Numbered from the stretch's first letter, positions 44,630 through 54,073 are shown. The stretch is 64,000 nucleotides of DNA from a virus (IMGVR_UViG_3300047444_000069:1-64000), one strand, 5' to 3'. Notes: generated by a model not told the origin, from the letters alone. Numbers and translations are program-made.

Positions 44630-44944
44630 ATGATCAAATCGCTTCTTTCTACGCAAGCCTACGACATCGCTCTTGAAGCTGGACAACCATCGAACGTGAT
44701 CGACATCTCGCGCGGTCGTGAACTCGTCACCGAACGCCTGTTGCTGGAATCCGCGAAGATTTCGCTGTTCCTCTCGATGGTGAACCCGCCGCGCCACAAC
44801 GAGACTGTCGCGCAACGAGTAGAACGTACAAAGTCGTTCCTGTTCGAACAGTTTATCGAATCCGGGTACGAAGGTGATGAAGCCTTCAACCTCGTCAAGA
44901 ACGCCCATGCGCACGCCTACGCCGAATTCGTCAAGGTGCATTAA
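44630..44944 (+). CDS. hypothetical protein
   Basis: 104 aa; SD GGAG. Confidence 0.45.
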   Translation: MIKSLLSTQAYDIALEAGQPSNVIDISRGRELVTERLLLESAKISLFLSMVNPPRHNETVAQRVERTKSFLFEQFIESGYEGDEAFNLVKNAHAHAYAEFVKVH

Positions 44945-44959
44945 TCTTCATGTCTGGGA

Positions 44960-44988
44960 TTGATATCAGGTTCCCAAACCTGTAGAAT
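44960..44988 (+). promoter_or_regulatory. early promoter cassette TTGATA-17-TAGAAT
   Basis: 'TTGATAtcaggTTCCCAAACCTGTAGAATgcttttcatcgacaacaaacacGGAG'. Confidence 0.6.
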
Positions 44989-45022
44989 GCTTTTCATCGA
45001 CAACAAACACGGAGATTCAAAC

Positions 45023-45535
45023 ATGAGCCACTTCCAACTTATCAACGAAGAAACTGTCCGCCTGAAGGCCACGGATGCGCTCTACCGTATTAAAAATCGT
45101 CTGGCAGCTTCCCGTAAGGCTCTCGAAATCGTCCTGATGCACGAAGGCGCAACGATCAACGGTCATCTGCTGAACAAGCTGAAGAAGGCCGTGCTCCCTG
45201 ACTGGAAGCTGTATCTGGACACGCAGTACGGTTGGTATCAGTTGGAAATCGACGGTCCCGGTTTCGATACGATCCGCGTGAATCTCGCATACAAAGGTCA
45301 GACTACCGTGATCGACAAGGCGCTGGTCGAAGCAGGATTCAATCCGTACTTGCTGGATGCCGAACGTCTGGTGAAGTACGAAGGCGAACTTGAAACCATC
45401 GAAGCCCGCGTAAAGCGTTTCAACTACGCGCTGGTCGAATTGAAGGACGCATATGACGGTCTGGGCGATCTTCGCTTCGCGTTCTCGGACAATCACCTTC
45501 CGTCCATCAAGGACGCACAAGGACGCTGGATTTAA
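45023..45535 (+). CDS. hypothetical protein
   Basis: 170 aa. Confidence 0.55.
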   Translation: MSHFQLINEETVRLKATDALYRIKNRLAASRKALEIVLMHEGATINGHLLNKLKKAVLPDWKLYLDTQYGWYQLEIDGPGFDTIRVNLAYKGQTTVIDKALVEAGFNPYLLDAERLVKYEGELETIEARVKRFNYALVELKDAYDGLGDLRFAFSDNHLPSIKDAQGRWI

Positions 45536-45544
45536 GGGAGATTG

Positions 45545-45784
45545 ATGAACATCTTCGAAGACATTCTGGATACGCGCAGTCTCACGGTGATCCACTATAA
45601 GATCGAAGACGCAATGCCATCATGCATTGCTCTTGGGTCCATTGAAGACCAGAAGGCATTCGCGCTAATTCTCGAAACCAACAGTCTCGATGAAATCTGG
45701 GCCATCGCCCATGAACGTTTGGGCCAGTTCGAACAAGCCAAAGCACTTCGCGACTGGATCGCGAAAAAGACAAGAAGGGGTTAA
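45545..45784 (+). CDS. hypothetical small protein
   Basis: 79 aa; SD GGGAG. Confidence 0.45.
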   Translation: MNIFEDILDTRSLTVIHYKIEDAMPSCIALGSIEDQKAFALILETNSLDEIWAIAHERLGQFEQAKALRDWIAKKTRRG

Positions 45785-45787
45785 AAC

Positions 45788-46009
45788 ATGCTCGCGCGAA
45801 ACATCAGCTACTACATCTATCGAAACAGCGCATGGATCGAACTGCACTCACATAACGTGGTGGAAGGATCGGTCATCCCGCGCGTCGGAGAAGTGGTGTA
45901 TGGGTTCGGTTTATCGGAAGCGGAATTCAAGGTGACGAAGGTTCGTTACAACGTCTCCAACGCCGAAGTTGAAGTCGAAGTCACACAGCTACCGGGAAGC
46001 GAAGATTGA
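45788..46009 (+). CDS. hypothetical small protein
   Basis: 73 aa. Confidence 0.4.
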   Translation: MLARNISYYIYRNSAWIELHSHNVVEGSVIPRVGEVVYGFGLSEAEFKVTKVRYNVSNAEVEVEVTQLPGSED

Positions 46010-46317
46010 GCCTTCTAAACCTCGGCGGTCCCGGTCCTAGCGGATTGGCCCAATGGCTGGTCCGCGAAGCTGAACATCATCGGAAGTGGGGTCCGCTTGG
46101 ATGGGCCTCACGATCAAATCTGACCTTTTACGCAATGATCATCATCTCTGGTCATAACACAGTCTGGGACGGAGAAACACCATTCTAAAAGACCTAAAAG
46201 ACAGTCTGATATGTTTCCTGATAGTGGCGATCGTGACAGGAATCGTAGTTTCCGCCAGTACAAGAAAAGAACCAGAAGAACATCAAAAGAAAGTAAACGA
46301 GAAGATAGAAAACAAGA

Positions 46318-47703
46318 ATGTCCGTACTTGAAATCCTGAATCAAATCGCCGCTACGTCGAAGAAGACGGAGAAAGAAGCGATCCTAAAGCAACACGCGGA
46401 AAATGAAACCCTGAAGCGGGTCTTCTATCTCGCGTATCAACCAACCATCAACTTCTACACGAAGCGCATCCCCGCATACACGCCCAATACGGGCGAGAAG
46501 TCGATCTTTGACGACGAAGATACCTTCACCCTCGATGCGGCGCTTGACGCCATTGAGACGGTTCTGGCGAAGCGCAAGGTGACTGGCAACGCAGCATCGA
46601 CGTATCTCGCGAATCTCCTGACGCAACTCCATGCTGACGACGCCACGGTCCTTGAACGGGTCGTACTGCGTGACCTTCGTATCGACGCGGGCGCAAACAC
46701 GGCTAACAAGGTCTGGAAGGCGCTGATCCTTGATGTCCCCTACATGCGGTGCAGTCTCCCCAAGGAAGTCAAACTAGCCACGTTTCCGTGGGCCACAGGG
46801 CTATATTCGCAACTGAAGTCGGACGGCAGCTTCACGAACGTCAACGTGTACGAAGATGGCACGGTTGAATTAATGACGCGCAACGGCAACGTCTACCCGG
46901 AAGAAGATTTCGCTCCGATTGCGAACATCTTCCGTGCGGCTGAAGGTACATGCGGCTATCAGTTCCACGGTGAATTGCTGGTCTACAAAGACGGCGAATT
47001 GATGGAACGCGCCGAAGGCAACGGCGTTCTGAACAAGATTCAACAAGGCAAGAACAAGCTTCCTGCCGGTCACGAAATCCGCTACGTCGCATGGGACATG
47101 ATCCCGATTGAAGCGGCGGTTCCGAAGGGCAAATATGAAGTCCCGTATGCGGTGCGCCTCGATGATCTTGAAAGTCTGAAGTTGTCTGGTGTGGTGTCCG
47201 TGGTTGAAACGAAAGTCGTCCATACGATCCGGGAAGCATACGAGCACTATCAGGAACAGTTGGCCCTTGGTCTGGAAGGCACGATCCTGAAAGACCCAGA
47301 AGCGATCTGGCAAGATACGACCAGTAAACAGCAGGTGAAATTCAAGCTAGAAGTCTGTGTTGAGCTTGAATGTGTCGGCTTCAATCCGGGCAAGGGTAAG
47401 AACGCTTCAACTTTCGGTAGCGCCAAGCTTCGTTCTTCTGATGGTCTGTTGACGGTGAACTGTTCGGGCTTCAAAGATGCCGACCGTAAGTACATCAGCG
47501 AGAACCGTGACGACTTCATCAGCACCATCTGGGCGGTCAAATCAAACGCCATGACGAAGAAGCGTGCCGATGGAACCCGCAGTCTGTTCTTGCCGCAGTA
47601 CGTCGAACAACGCAACGACAAGACCGAAGCTGATTCACTCGAACGCATCGAACTCCAATTCGAATCGGCAGTGACCGACCTCGAAAAACTGATTGCAATG
47701 TAA
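46318..47703 (+). CDS. ATP-dependent DNA ligase (T4 gp30-like)
   Basis: 461 aa; N-terminus 'LEILNQIAATSKKTEKEAILKQHAENETLKRVFYLAY' matches T4 ligase 'LKILNEIASIGSTKQKQAILEKNKDNELLKRVYRLTY'; 'GLEGTILKD' motif. Confidence 0.85.
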   Translation: MSVLEILNQIAATSKKTEKEAILKQHAENETLKRVFYLAYQPTINFYTKRIPAYTPNTGEKSIFDDEDTFTLDAALDAIETVLAKRKVTGNAASTYLANLLTQLHADDATVLERVVLRDLRIDAGANTANKVWKALILDVPYMRCSLPKEVKLATFPWATGLYSQLKSDGSFTNVNVYEDGTVELMTRNGNVYPEEDFAPIANIFRAAEGTCGYQFHGELLVYKDGELMERAEGNGVLNKIQQGKNKLPAGHEIRYVAWDMIPIEAAVPKGKYEVPYAVRLDDLESLKLSGVVSVVETKVVHTIREAYEHYQEQLALGLEGTILKDPEAIWQDTTSKQQVKFKLEVCVELECVGFNPGKGKNASTFGSAKLRSSDGLLTVNCSGFKDADRKYISENRDDFISTIWAVKSNAMTKKRADGTRSLFLPQYVEQRNDKTEADSLERIELQFESAVTDLEKLIAM

Positions 47704-47762
47704 AAGCCCGGTAGGAGTGCTAAATAGTTTTGACCGCACTCCTTATCACCCCGACCATATCA

Positions 47763-48023
47763 ATGCCCGCATACGACTATAATTGTAAAGAATGTGATCA
47801 CACGTTCGAACTCAATCTCCGAATCGCAGACATGAAGAAGCCCGAAGGCGAACCATGTCCGTCCTGCAACAATTCAAATACTATTCAAAAAGTGCTGTTG
47901 GGAGCGCCTCCAATTGGCGATCCAGTTCGCTTAGGCATCCGAAAACCAGATGGAGCCTTCAAAGAAGTACTTCAGAAGATACACGAAAGGACGTACAAGA
48001 GTAATCTTAATCAGAAGTGGTGA
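47763..48023 (+). CDS. FmdB-type zinc-ribbon protein
   Basis: 'MPAYDYNCKECDHTFE...CPSC'. Confidence 0.5.
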   Translation: MPAYDYNCKECDHTFELNLRIADMKKPEGEPCPSCNNSNTIQKVLLGAPPIGDPVRLGIRKPDGAFKEVLQKIHERTYKSNLNQKW

Positions 48024-48199
48024 TCTTTGAACACCGGAACCCCTTGTACGATTCTTTCAGCCCGTTGGAGATGAGTGACATCGAAGACTGTGACAGACTG
48101 TTTTTTCGACAAAACTCGGACAGTATTTCCAAGAACTTGAAGTGTTTAGGAAAATTATCAGTAGTACCGATCATCCTCTCATAGTAGGAGCAACACCAC

Positions 48200-48994
48200 A
48201 TGGCACGAAATAAAAGGGCAAACAGTTCAGCCAAGCCCGCCGTGAAATCCAACGCACAGGCACAAAGCGTTCACCGTCAAGATCAACGTCAACAAGTCGA
48301 TCACGTCTCGAATCGCCTGAAGCTGCGTATTGATGATCTGAAAGTGTTTGATCCGCTGACGCAGAATCAGCGAGTGTTCTTCGAAGAATATGCCAATCAA
48401 CAGAACATGGCGTTTGTTCTTCACGGTGCAGCGGGCAGCGGGAAAAGTTTCATTGCCCTGTACAAAGCACTCGAAACTGTGTTGGACCCGTCGCTTCCGT
48501 TTGATGGTGTTGTCATCGTGCGATCAGCGGTCCCCGGTCGTGACATCGGTCACTTGCCCGGTAGCGAAGAAGAAAAGTTGGCGGTCTACGAGCAACCCTA
48601 CATCGGCATCTGCGCTGACCTGTTCGGACGCCATGACGCATACCAACGACTGAAAGAATCCGGCAACATCGACTTCATTTCATCGTCTTTCATTCGCGGC
48701 ACGACGCTGGACAACAAGATCGTGATCGTGGACGAAATGCAGAACTACAGTTGGGAAGAACTGTACACGATTGCAACTCGCGTAGGACACCGTACCAAGA
48801 TCATCTTTGCTGGCGACCTGCGTCAGACTGACCTTCGCAAGCGTGGCGATCCTTCCGGTCTGGTGAAGTTCCTTGACATCATGGCAACCATCCAGAACGT
48901 CGCAGAGATTGAGTTTGGCGTATCTGACATCGTGCGAAGCCAGTTCGTCAAATCTGTGATCGTTGCGACGATGGCATACGAAGACGCACATTAA
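48200..48994 (+). CDS. phoH: PhoH-like ATPase
   Basis: Walker A 'GAAGSGKSF', Walker B 'IVIVDEMQN'; 264 aa. Confidence 0.8.
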   Translation: MARNKRANSSAKPAVKSNAQAQSVHRQDQRQQVDHVSNRLKLRIDDLKVFDPLTQNQRVFFEEYANQQNMAFVLHGAAGSGKSFIALYKALETVLDPSLPFDGVVIVRSAVPGRDIGHLPGSEEEKLAVYEQPYIGICADLFGRHDAYQRLKESGNIDFISSSFIRGTTLDNKIVIVDEMQNYSWEELYTIATRVGHRTKIIFAGDLRQTDLRKRGDPSGLVKFLDIMATIQNVAEIEFGVSDIVRSQFVKSVIVATMAYEDAH

Positions 48995-49055
48995 GTGTGA
49001 CGTGCCGTTCACCGGGCTAGGGCACGATAAAATTACGGTCCCCGGTAGCATTCTA

Positions 49056-49106
49056 GGGTTCCTCGAAAGGCTAAATATTGATGTACATATTAGCCCGAAG
49101 GAACCC
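49056..49106 (+). promoter_or_regulatory. SD-sequestering leader hairpin containing CTAAATA late-promoter-like motif (T4 gene e-type)
   Basis: GGGTTCCTCG 49056-49065 pairs CGAAGGAACCC 49096-49106 (SD AAGGAA in 3' arm); CTAAATAT 49071-49078 in loop. Confidence 0.5.
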
Positions 49107-49109
49107 TAA

Positions 49110-49619
49110 ATGTCTTATACCCTGTCCGCAGCGGGCGCGAACCTAATCAAGCAGTTTGAGGGATGCAAACTCACTGCCTATTACGATTCGGTTGGTGTCC
49201 TCACAATCGGCTACGGAACGACCAACAGCGTCCTTCCGGCAAGCCAACAGATAAAACCCGGTCAAACGATCACTCTCGCACAAGCTGAGATTTTCCTCGC
49301 ACTTGGCGTGAATAAGTTCGCACCCGGCGTCAACAATCTGGTCAAGATTCCAATTTCTCAGAATGAGTTCGATTCGCTGGTTTGCTTCGCCTACAATGTT
49401 GGGACGGGTAACCTAGCTTCGTCAACACTCTTGCGCAAATTGAATGCTGGCGACATCGCTGGCGCACAGAAAGAATTCCTGAAGTGGAACAAAGCTGGTG
49501 GTCAAGTTCTTCGCGGACTGACGCGTCGGCGTCTCGCAGAAGCAGCGAACTTTGGTCCCCTGACGCGCCAACAACTGATCGATCAGTGTCTTGGTGGTAT
49601 CGATCCCGATAAAGCATAA
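49110..49619 (+). CDS. GH24 lysozyme / endolysin (T4 e-like)
   Basis: 'LIKQFEGCKLTAYYDSVGVLTIGYG' matches T4 lysozyme Glu/Asp/Thr catalytic region; 169 aa. Confidence 0.8.
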   Translation: MSYTLSAAGANLIKQFEGCKLTAYYDSVGVLTIGYGTTNSVLPASQQIKPGQTITLAQAEIFLALGVNKFAPGVNNLVKIPISQNEFDSLVCFAYNVGTGNLASSTLLRKLNAGDIAGAQKEFLKWNKAGGQVLRGLTRRRLAEAANFGPLTRQQLIDQCLGGIDPDKA

Positions 49620-49630
49620 CGAGAATAATA

Positions 49631-50908
49631 ATGTCCCTTAATTTTTGGCAGATGCGCGGCCAACTCGATGCCCTGAACCTGATCACCGAAGAACTGACTT
49701 CGGTTGAGAAGGATACGCATCTGGAAGTCACGCCGTCGCACATGAAGAAGCCGTTGCACGCTGGCACAGCTATCGAGCATCGCGGCAATCCTTCGCACTA
49801 CGGTCCTGATGGTCACGCGGCACTCGATGCGCATGTCAAGTCGGTACTCGCGGACCCGTCCAAGAACAGCGTCCATAAGTCGGCAGACAGCTACACCAAG
49901 GAACATCGCGGCCACAGCTACGAGTTCCATGACGATCAGCCTAAGTCCTCGCTACGCAAGCAATATGTGATCGGGAAGACGTATGATCTGGCAACCCAGA
50001 ACAACCCCGAGTACAAGCGTTCAGTCTTTGATGGCTACGTGAAGAATCGCCCGGACATCATCAAACAGACTCGCGCGCATGACTATGATTCGATGGTGCA
50101 TGGATCGTACAAGGCAGTTGCGAAGGAAACGAACGCACAGTTCGAACACATGCCGGTGCGCACGCAGTATCACGATGGTCACATGGGCTATCACAACAGC
50201 GGTGAGATGCTTCGCGACATCCACGGCCACAACAACCTGACGGTGTATCGCGGCGGTGATCGTCACGAATTCCTGCACCACACGGACAAGACCGGCCTGA
50301 ACGAGAACGAGAAGTTTCGCGCGGTTCATGACTACTACGGTCATGGCATCTACGGCAACCAGTTTGGTCCGAAGGGTGAAGAAGTGGCGTGGCACTCGCA
50401 CCGCAAGATGTTCTCGCATGGTGCGGCAGTGGCGATGACATCAGAAACACGCGGTCAGAACAGCTACGTGAATTACACGCACGCGAATCTTGGCACGCAG
50501 AAGGAAATGGAAGGCCATCGCAAGGACAAGCACGCGGCACTGAATACTGGCGACTTCGAAGGCGCGAATCATGCCGATGCGAAGCTTCGTGAGGCTGGTG
50601 GTAAGTGGAACTACGCGAAGCAAGCGTCCGTTGCACTGCCCCATGAGATGCTTCACCCGCACTTCGATGGCAATGCGCCGAATTCAATTGCACGCCTGTT
50701 GCACGATCCGGCTGCGAAAGAGAACCCGACCTATGATGTCCACAAGGACCATTTGGGTTTGGTCGATCTGGCCCGCCATCACAACACGTCTTCGCACAAC
50801 CGTCAGGGCGGCGGTGTTCTGGATCGAGAGAATGCACATTCCGATCTGAAGCACATCGCTGGCGTGCATGGATACCAAAAATTGAGTCACAACCCGTTTC
50901 GGGGATAA
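49631..50908 (+). CDS. His-rich protein (family member 3)
   Basis: 425 aa, ~13% His; 'YHDGHMGYHNSGE', 'HDYYGHGIYG'. Confidence 0.6.
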   Translation: MSLNFWQMRGQLDALNLITEELTSVEKDTHLEVTPSHMKKPLHAGTAIEHRGNPSHYGPDGHAALDAHVKSVLADPSKNSVHKSADSYTKEHRGHSYEFHDDQPKSSLRKQYVIGKTYDLATQNNPEYKRSVFDGYVKNRPDIIKQTRAHDYDSMVHGSYKAVAKETNAQFEHMPVRTQYHDGHMGYHNSGEMLRDIHGHNNLTVYRGGDRHEFLHHTDKTGLNENEKFRAVHDYYGHGIYGNQFGPKGEEVAWHSHRKMFSHGAAVAMTSETRGQNSYVNYTHANLGTQKEMEGHRKDKHAALNTGDFEGANHADAKLREAGGKWNYAKQASVALPHEMLHPHFDGNAPNSIARLLHDPAAKENPTYDVHKDHLGLVDLARHHNTSSHNRQGGGVLDRENAHSDLKHIAGVHGYQKLSHNPFRG

Positions 50909-50937
50909 TTGACAAGCGCGGGGATTTGTGGTAAAAG
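50909..50937 (+). promoter_or_regulatory. sigma70-like promoter TTGACA-17-(TGg)TAAAAG
   Basis: extended -10; second degenerate 'ATAAATTCCCAAACATGgcaaTATATT' copy 50962-50990. Confidence 0.45.
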
Positions 50938-51009
50938 ATTCATGCCCGATGTGGGCTGTTATCATAAATTCCCAAACATGGCAATATATTTCCAAAAGGA
51001 CATACAATC

Positions 51010-51186
51010 ATGGCGAACAGCTACAGCACCACGGACAAGGCCAAGTCGGTCTTGGACGAAATCCTCGAAGACCTGAGCAAGTCGGACGAACCGACCGAAT
51101 CACATCTGCCGGAAGAAGTCACCAAGTTGGATAAGGCGACGCTTCTTGCAGTAATCTACAGACTTGTTGCAAAAGTACGCGACTGA
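51010..51186 (+). CDS. hypothetical small acidic protein (58 aa)
   Basis: SD AAAAGGA; not in ORF track. Confidence 0.4.
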   Translation: MANSYSTTDKAKSVLDEILEDLSKSDEPTESHLPEEVTKLDKATLLAVIYRLVAKVRD

Positions 51187-51212
51187 GTGTAAAATACACA
51201 CTTGTCGATCCG

Positions 51213-51244
51213 CAAAGGGGACTTCGGTCCCCTTTTGCTTTACC
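51213..51244 (+). terminator. rho-independent terminator
   Basis: GGGGAC-TTCG-GTCCCC + TTTTGCTTT (same hairpin as at 4914). Confidence 0.75.
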
Positions 51245-51293
51245 AGACTTGTTTCAGGATGTTAAGAACAGAAACAAGAAGAACTAAAAAGGG

Positions 51294-51797
51294 TTGATAC
51301 TAATGAAGAAGAAAACCATCCTTGCCGTTCTGTTGGCGGCGCTGTGCATACGTACAGCGGTCCCGATAGAACACCCCTCAACGCCCATAGGACCAGACGT
51401 TCAGAAGGACATCAACTGTTTGGCAGAGAACGTCTACTATGAGGCACGCGGCGAATCGGATGACGGCAAGAAGGCTGTAGCCGAAGTCACAACGAACCGC
51501 GCAAGCACGCCCGGATTTCCCAACACTGTCTGTGGTGTGGTGCATCAAAAGACTGACCGGACGTGTCAGTTCTCATGGGTCTGTCAGCGTCATCGAGCGC
51601 CGATAGACAAGAAAGACCAAACTTGGGTCGAATCTAAAAATATTGCCACAGATGTCTTGCTGTTTGACGACGACCCCGGTATAATGAAGAAAAAGACGGC
51701 ACTGTTTTACCATGCCAACTACGTCAAACCCGGTTGGGCGCGACACATGAAGTTCATCAAGCGTATTGGTGGACACCTTTTCTACACCAAGAAGTAA
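51294..51797 (+). CDS. SleB/CwlJ-family cell-wall hydrolase with signal peptide
   Basis: 'ENVYYEARGESDDGKKAVAEVTTNRA' hallmark; N-terminal 'MKKKTILAVLLAALC'. Confidence 0.65.
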   Translation: MILMKKKTILAVLLAALCIRTAVPIEHPSTPIGPDVQKDINCLAENVYYEARGESDDGKKAVAEVTTNRASTPGFPNTVCGVVHQKTDRTCQFSWVCQRHRAPIDKKDQTWVESKNIATDVLLFDDDPGIMKKKTALFYHANYVKPGWARHMKFIKRIGGHLFYTKK

Positions 51798-51916
51798 AGA
51801 GAACGACGAACTCGGCGCACATGTCTGGGACACTGCGCTGACGGACGAACACACATTACTTGCGGCCATCGTTGAAGAACAACGGCTGCGCTATCAAGAA
51901 ATCATCGAGAAGAAGT

Positions 51917-52189
51917 ATGCAAGTTGAAGCACAAGAAGTGACCATCACCGATCAATATCTGATCACACGCGAATTCGCATCCGCTGAAGCGTTTTCCGTG
52001 TACATCGAAGAACGTGCCATCGTGGACGGCGAAAGCTTGATCGATACCATCCTCACATACTGCGAAGAACGTGACATCGATGTGGACGTGACGGCCAAGC
52101 TGGTCACGAAATCCCTCAAAGAAAAGCTGGCAGTTGAGTTCGAAGAACGGAACATGCTGCAAAGCGAACATGGCACACTGGACCTGTGA
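51917..52189 (+). CDS. hypothetical acidic protein
   Basis: 90 aa from 'MQVEAQE'. Confidence 0.4.
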   Translation: MQVEAQEVTITDQYLITREFASAEAFSVYIEERAIVDGESLIDTILTYCEERDIDVDVTAKLVTKSLKEKLAVEFEERNMLQSEHGTLDL

Positions 52190-52695
52190 TCCAAACATTC
52201 AAAGAATTTCTAATCGAGAAGTATGGGACGGCGGGGACGTATGCCGCGATGAAGTTCTCGCACACATCCGAACTGAATATCCGTAAGTTCCTCGTTCAGA
52301 ATGATGTCCCCAATTCGGTCCCACAAGACAAGCTGCATGTGACGCTGCTGTACTCGCGCAAGCCGATGGTCGGATATACGCCACGCGGCACGCTAACGGA
52401 GCCTGAGAAGGTCCGCGTCCTTGACTTTGCTGTCTGGGATACTCAGAACGGAAAGAAGGCGCTAGTGGCGCTCCTAGACGCTCCGAAGCTGATCATCCGA
52501 CACAAGGTTCTGATGCAGCAGTATGACGGCACGTATGACTTCCCGGATTACAAGCCACACTTCACCATGTCCTACGATGTTGGCCCCGACTTCAACAAAG
52601 ACAGTTTGCAAAAATTGACCGAACCGCTGTATCTCGACCGTGAGTATGGCGAAGAATTGAACACGAACTGGAAAGCAGATGACAAAACTGATTGA
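52186..52695 (+). CDS. 2H phosphoesterase superfamily protein (LigT/2'-5' RNA ligase-like)
   Basis: two H-x-T-x motifs: 'HVTLLYS' and 'HFTMSYD'; 169 aa. Confidence 0.6.
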   Translation: MIQTFKEFLIEKYGTAGTYAAMKFSHTSELNIRKFLVQNDVPNSVPQDKLHVTLLYSRKPMVGYTPRGTLTEPEKVRVLDFAVWDTQNGKKALVALLDAPKLIIRHKVLMQQYDGTYDFPDYKPHFTMSYDVGPDFNKDSLQKLTEPLYLDREYGEELNTNWKADDKTD

Positions 52696-53059
52696 CCAAC
52701 TGAATGAACTGAAGGCCACGGCAACAGTTCGCAAGGCGCAACGAGACGAAGAAGAACGTCTGGCCCGCATCGAAGCGGAACAGTCGGAAATCAAACTCGG
52801 CAAGGAACACGCTGAATCGATGATTCCTTCGATCACGAAGAAGATTCTTCGATATGCCGATGACGGCGAATACCACAGCACCGATGTTCTGATCCAATCC
52901 AACGGCAAGAAGAAAGAATTGACACCGTGGGAAGCGGCATACGCACTCACGCTAACACAACACTTCGAAGAACAAGGCCTGACTGTCACACAAAGTCAAT
53001 CTCCGAAGGGCAGCGTACATGGCAACGTGTACAACACCTTCCTGTATATCTCATGGTAG
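52679..53059 (+). CDS. hypothetical protein
   Basis: 126 aa, coiled-coil N-terminus. Confidence 0.5.
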   Translation: MTKLIDQLNELKATATVRKAQRDEEERLARIEAEQSEIKLGKEHAESMIPSITKKILRYADDGEYHSTDVLIQSNGKKKELTPWEAAYALTLTQHFEEQGLTVTQSQSPKGSVHGNVYNTFLYISW

Positions 53060-53322
53060 TCAACGTCTCGACCGGCAAGCCGTTTGATGTGTATGTCGGT
53101 CGGGGTTCGAAGTGGGGCAACCCGTTCATCATTGGTCGGGACGGTACGCGAGATGAAGTCATCGAGAAGTACGAAGGCTGGATCATCCTGCAACCCCAAT
53201 TCGCTGACATCCATGAACTGTACGGCAAGATTCTGGGATGTCACTGTCATCCGAAACGATGTCACGGACACTCGCTTGAACGTCTTGCCGTTCAGCAGCA
53301 CCAACCATCCTTCTTTGATTGA
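53053..53322 (+). CDS. DUF4326-like protein
   Basis: 'DVYVGRGSKWGNPF...GCHCHPKRCHG'. Confidence 0.5.
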   Translation: MVVNVSTGKPFDVYVGRGSKWGNPFIIGRDGTRDEVIEKYEGWIILQPQFADIHELYGKILGCHCHPKRCHGHSLERLAVQQHQPSFFD

Positions 53323-53918
53323 GCATGACACCATTCGGCGCATACAAGTGTTATTTGGCCTTCCGCAGTCACTTCACCACGGACAGCTACGACATCATCA
53401 AGTATCGTGGCCGCGTGAGTGCCAAGCTGGAAACCTTCGAGAAGCGCAAGGACCGATACCGGTTCGAGAAGTTGGCCCGGAACAGTAGCGACAAAGAGAT
53501 TGTTGATACATACCTTGCCAACTTCACAAGCAAGCCTGACTATTCTGGTCTGTTCGATGACCAGACAGAGACGCGGTACAAGAAGTGGTCCGCGTACCAA
53601 CAAGCACTGTCGTACAACTTTGGGAATGAAGTGAAATACTTGTTGGAAGATGCAAAAAGTTCAGGTTTGTGTTATAATGACGTTTTCGACAGTAGTGATC
53701 GTCAACACCCGCCAGTCCTCACAGCATACCTCGGCAAGTCCATATCCGTTGATACCTTCGTGATTCTCGACCGTCTAAATAGTTTCACAAACAAGATGGT
53801 CGATGATGTAGTGACGAAAGACATCCTTCGCACTGCACGCAAGTACGACCCATTCCTAAAGGTTGATCTGGAAGTATATGGGAAACTCAACGAGAGAATC
53901 AGAAGCGAAGTCTTCTGA
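53319..53918 (+). CDS. helicase loading protein (T4 gp59-like)
   Basis: 'FGAYKCYLAFRSHFTTDSYDIIKYRGRVSAKLETFEKRKDRYRFEKLARNS' parallels T4 gp59 'GKSVYKLYLMIKQHMNGKYDVIKYNWCMRVSDAAYQKRRDKYFFQKLSEKY'. Confidence 0.75.
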   Translation: MSMTPFGAYKCYLAFRSHFTTDSYDIIKYRGRVSAKLETFEKRKDRYRFEKLARNSSDKEIVDTYLANFTSKPDYSGLFDDQTETRYKKWSAYQQALSYNFGNEVKYLLEDAKSSGLCYNDVFDSSDRQHPPVLTAYLGKSISVDTFVILDRLNSFTNKMVDDVVTKDILRTARKYDPFLKVDLEVYGKLNERIRSEVF

Positions 53919-54072
53919 CGAAGAAAGAATCCGGGCGCTGGAAGAAACCATCGCCTACATGCAGCGTGATCATGCGCTGGTGGTCAAGAAATTAGAAGCA
54001 GTCATGACAGATACGGCACGCACAAAACGGCGCGTTGAATCATGGCCTTTTGTTACGGTAGCAGTGAAGTAA
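53878..54072 (+). CDS. hypothetical small protein (start uncertain)
   Basis: 64 aa; overlaps gp59 3' end by 40 nt. Confidence 0.3.
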   Translation: MGNSTRESEAKSSDEERIRALEETIAYMQRDHALVVKKLEAVMTDTARTKRRVESWPFVTVAVK

Positions 54073-54073
54073 G

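Noticed and set aside
50061-50915. 284-aa minus-strand ORF
   Set aside because: Antisense to His-rich gene 49631..50908 (GC-rich codon third positions give a long open antisense frame)
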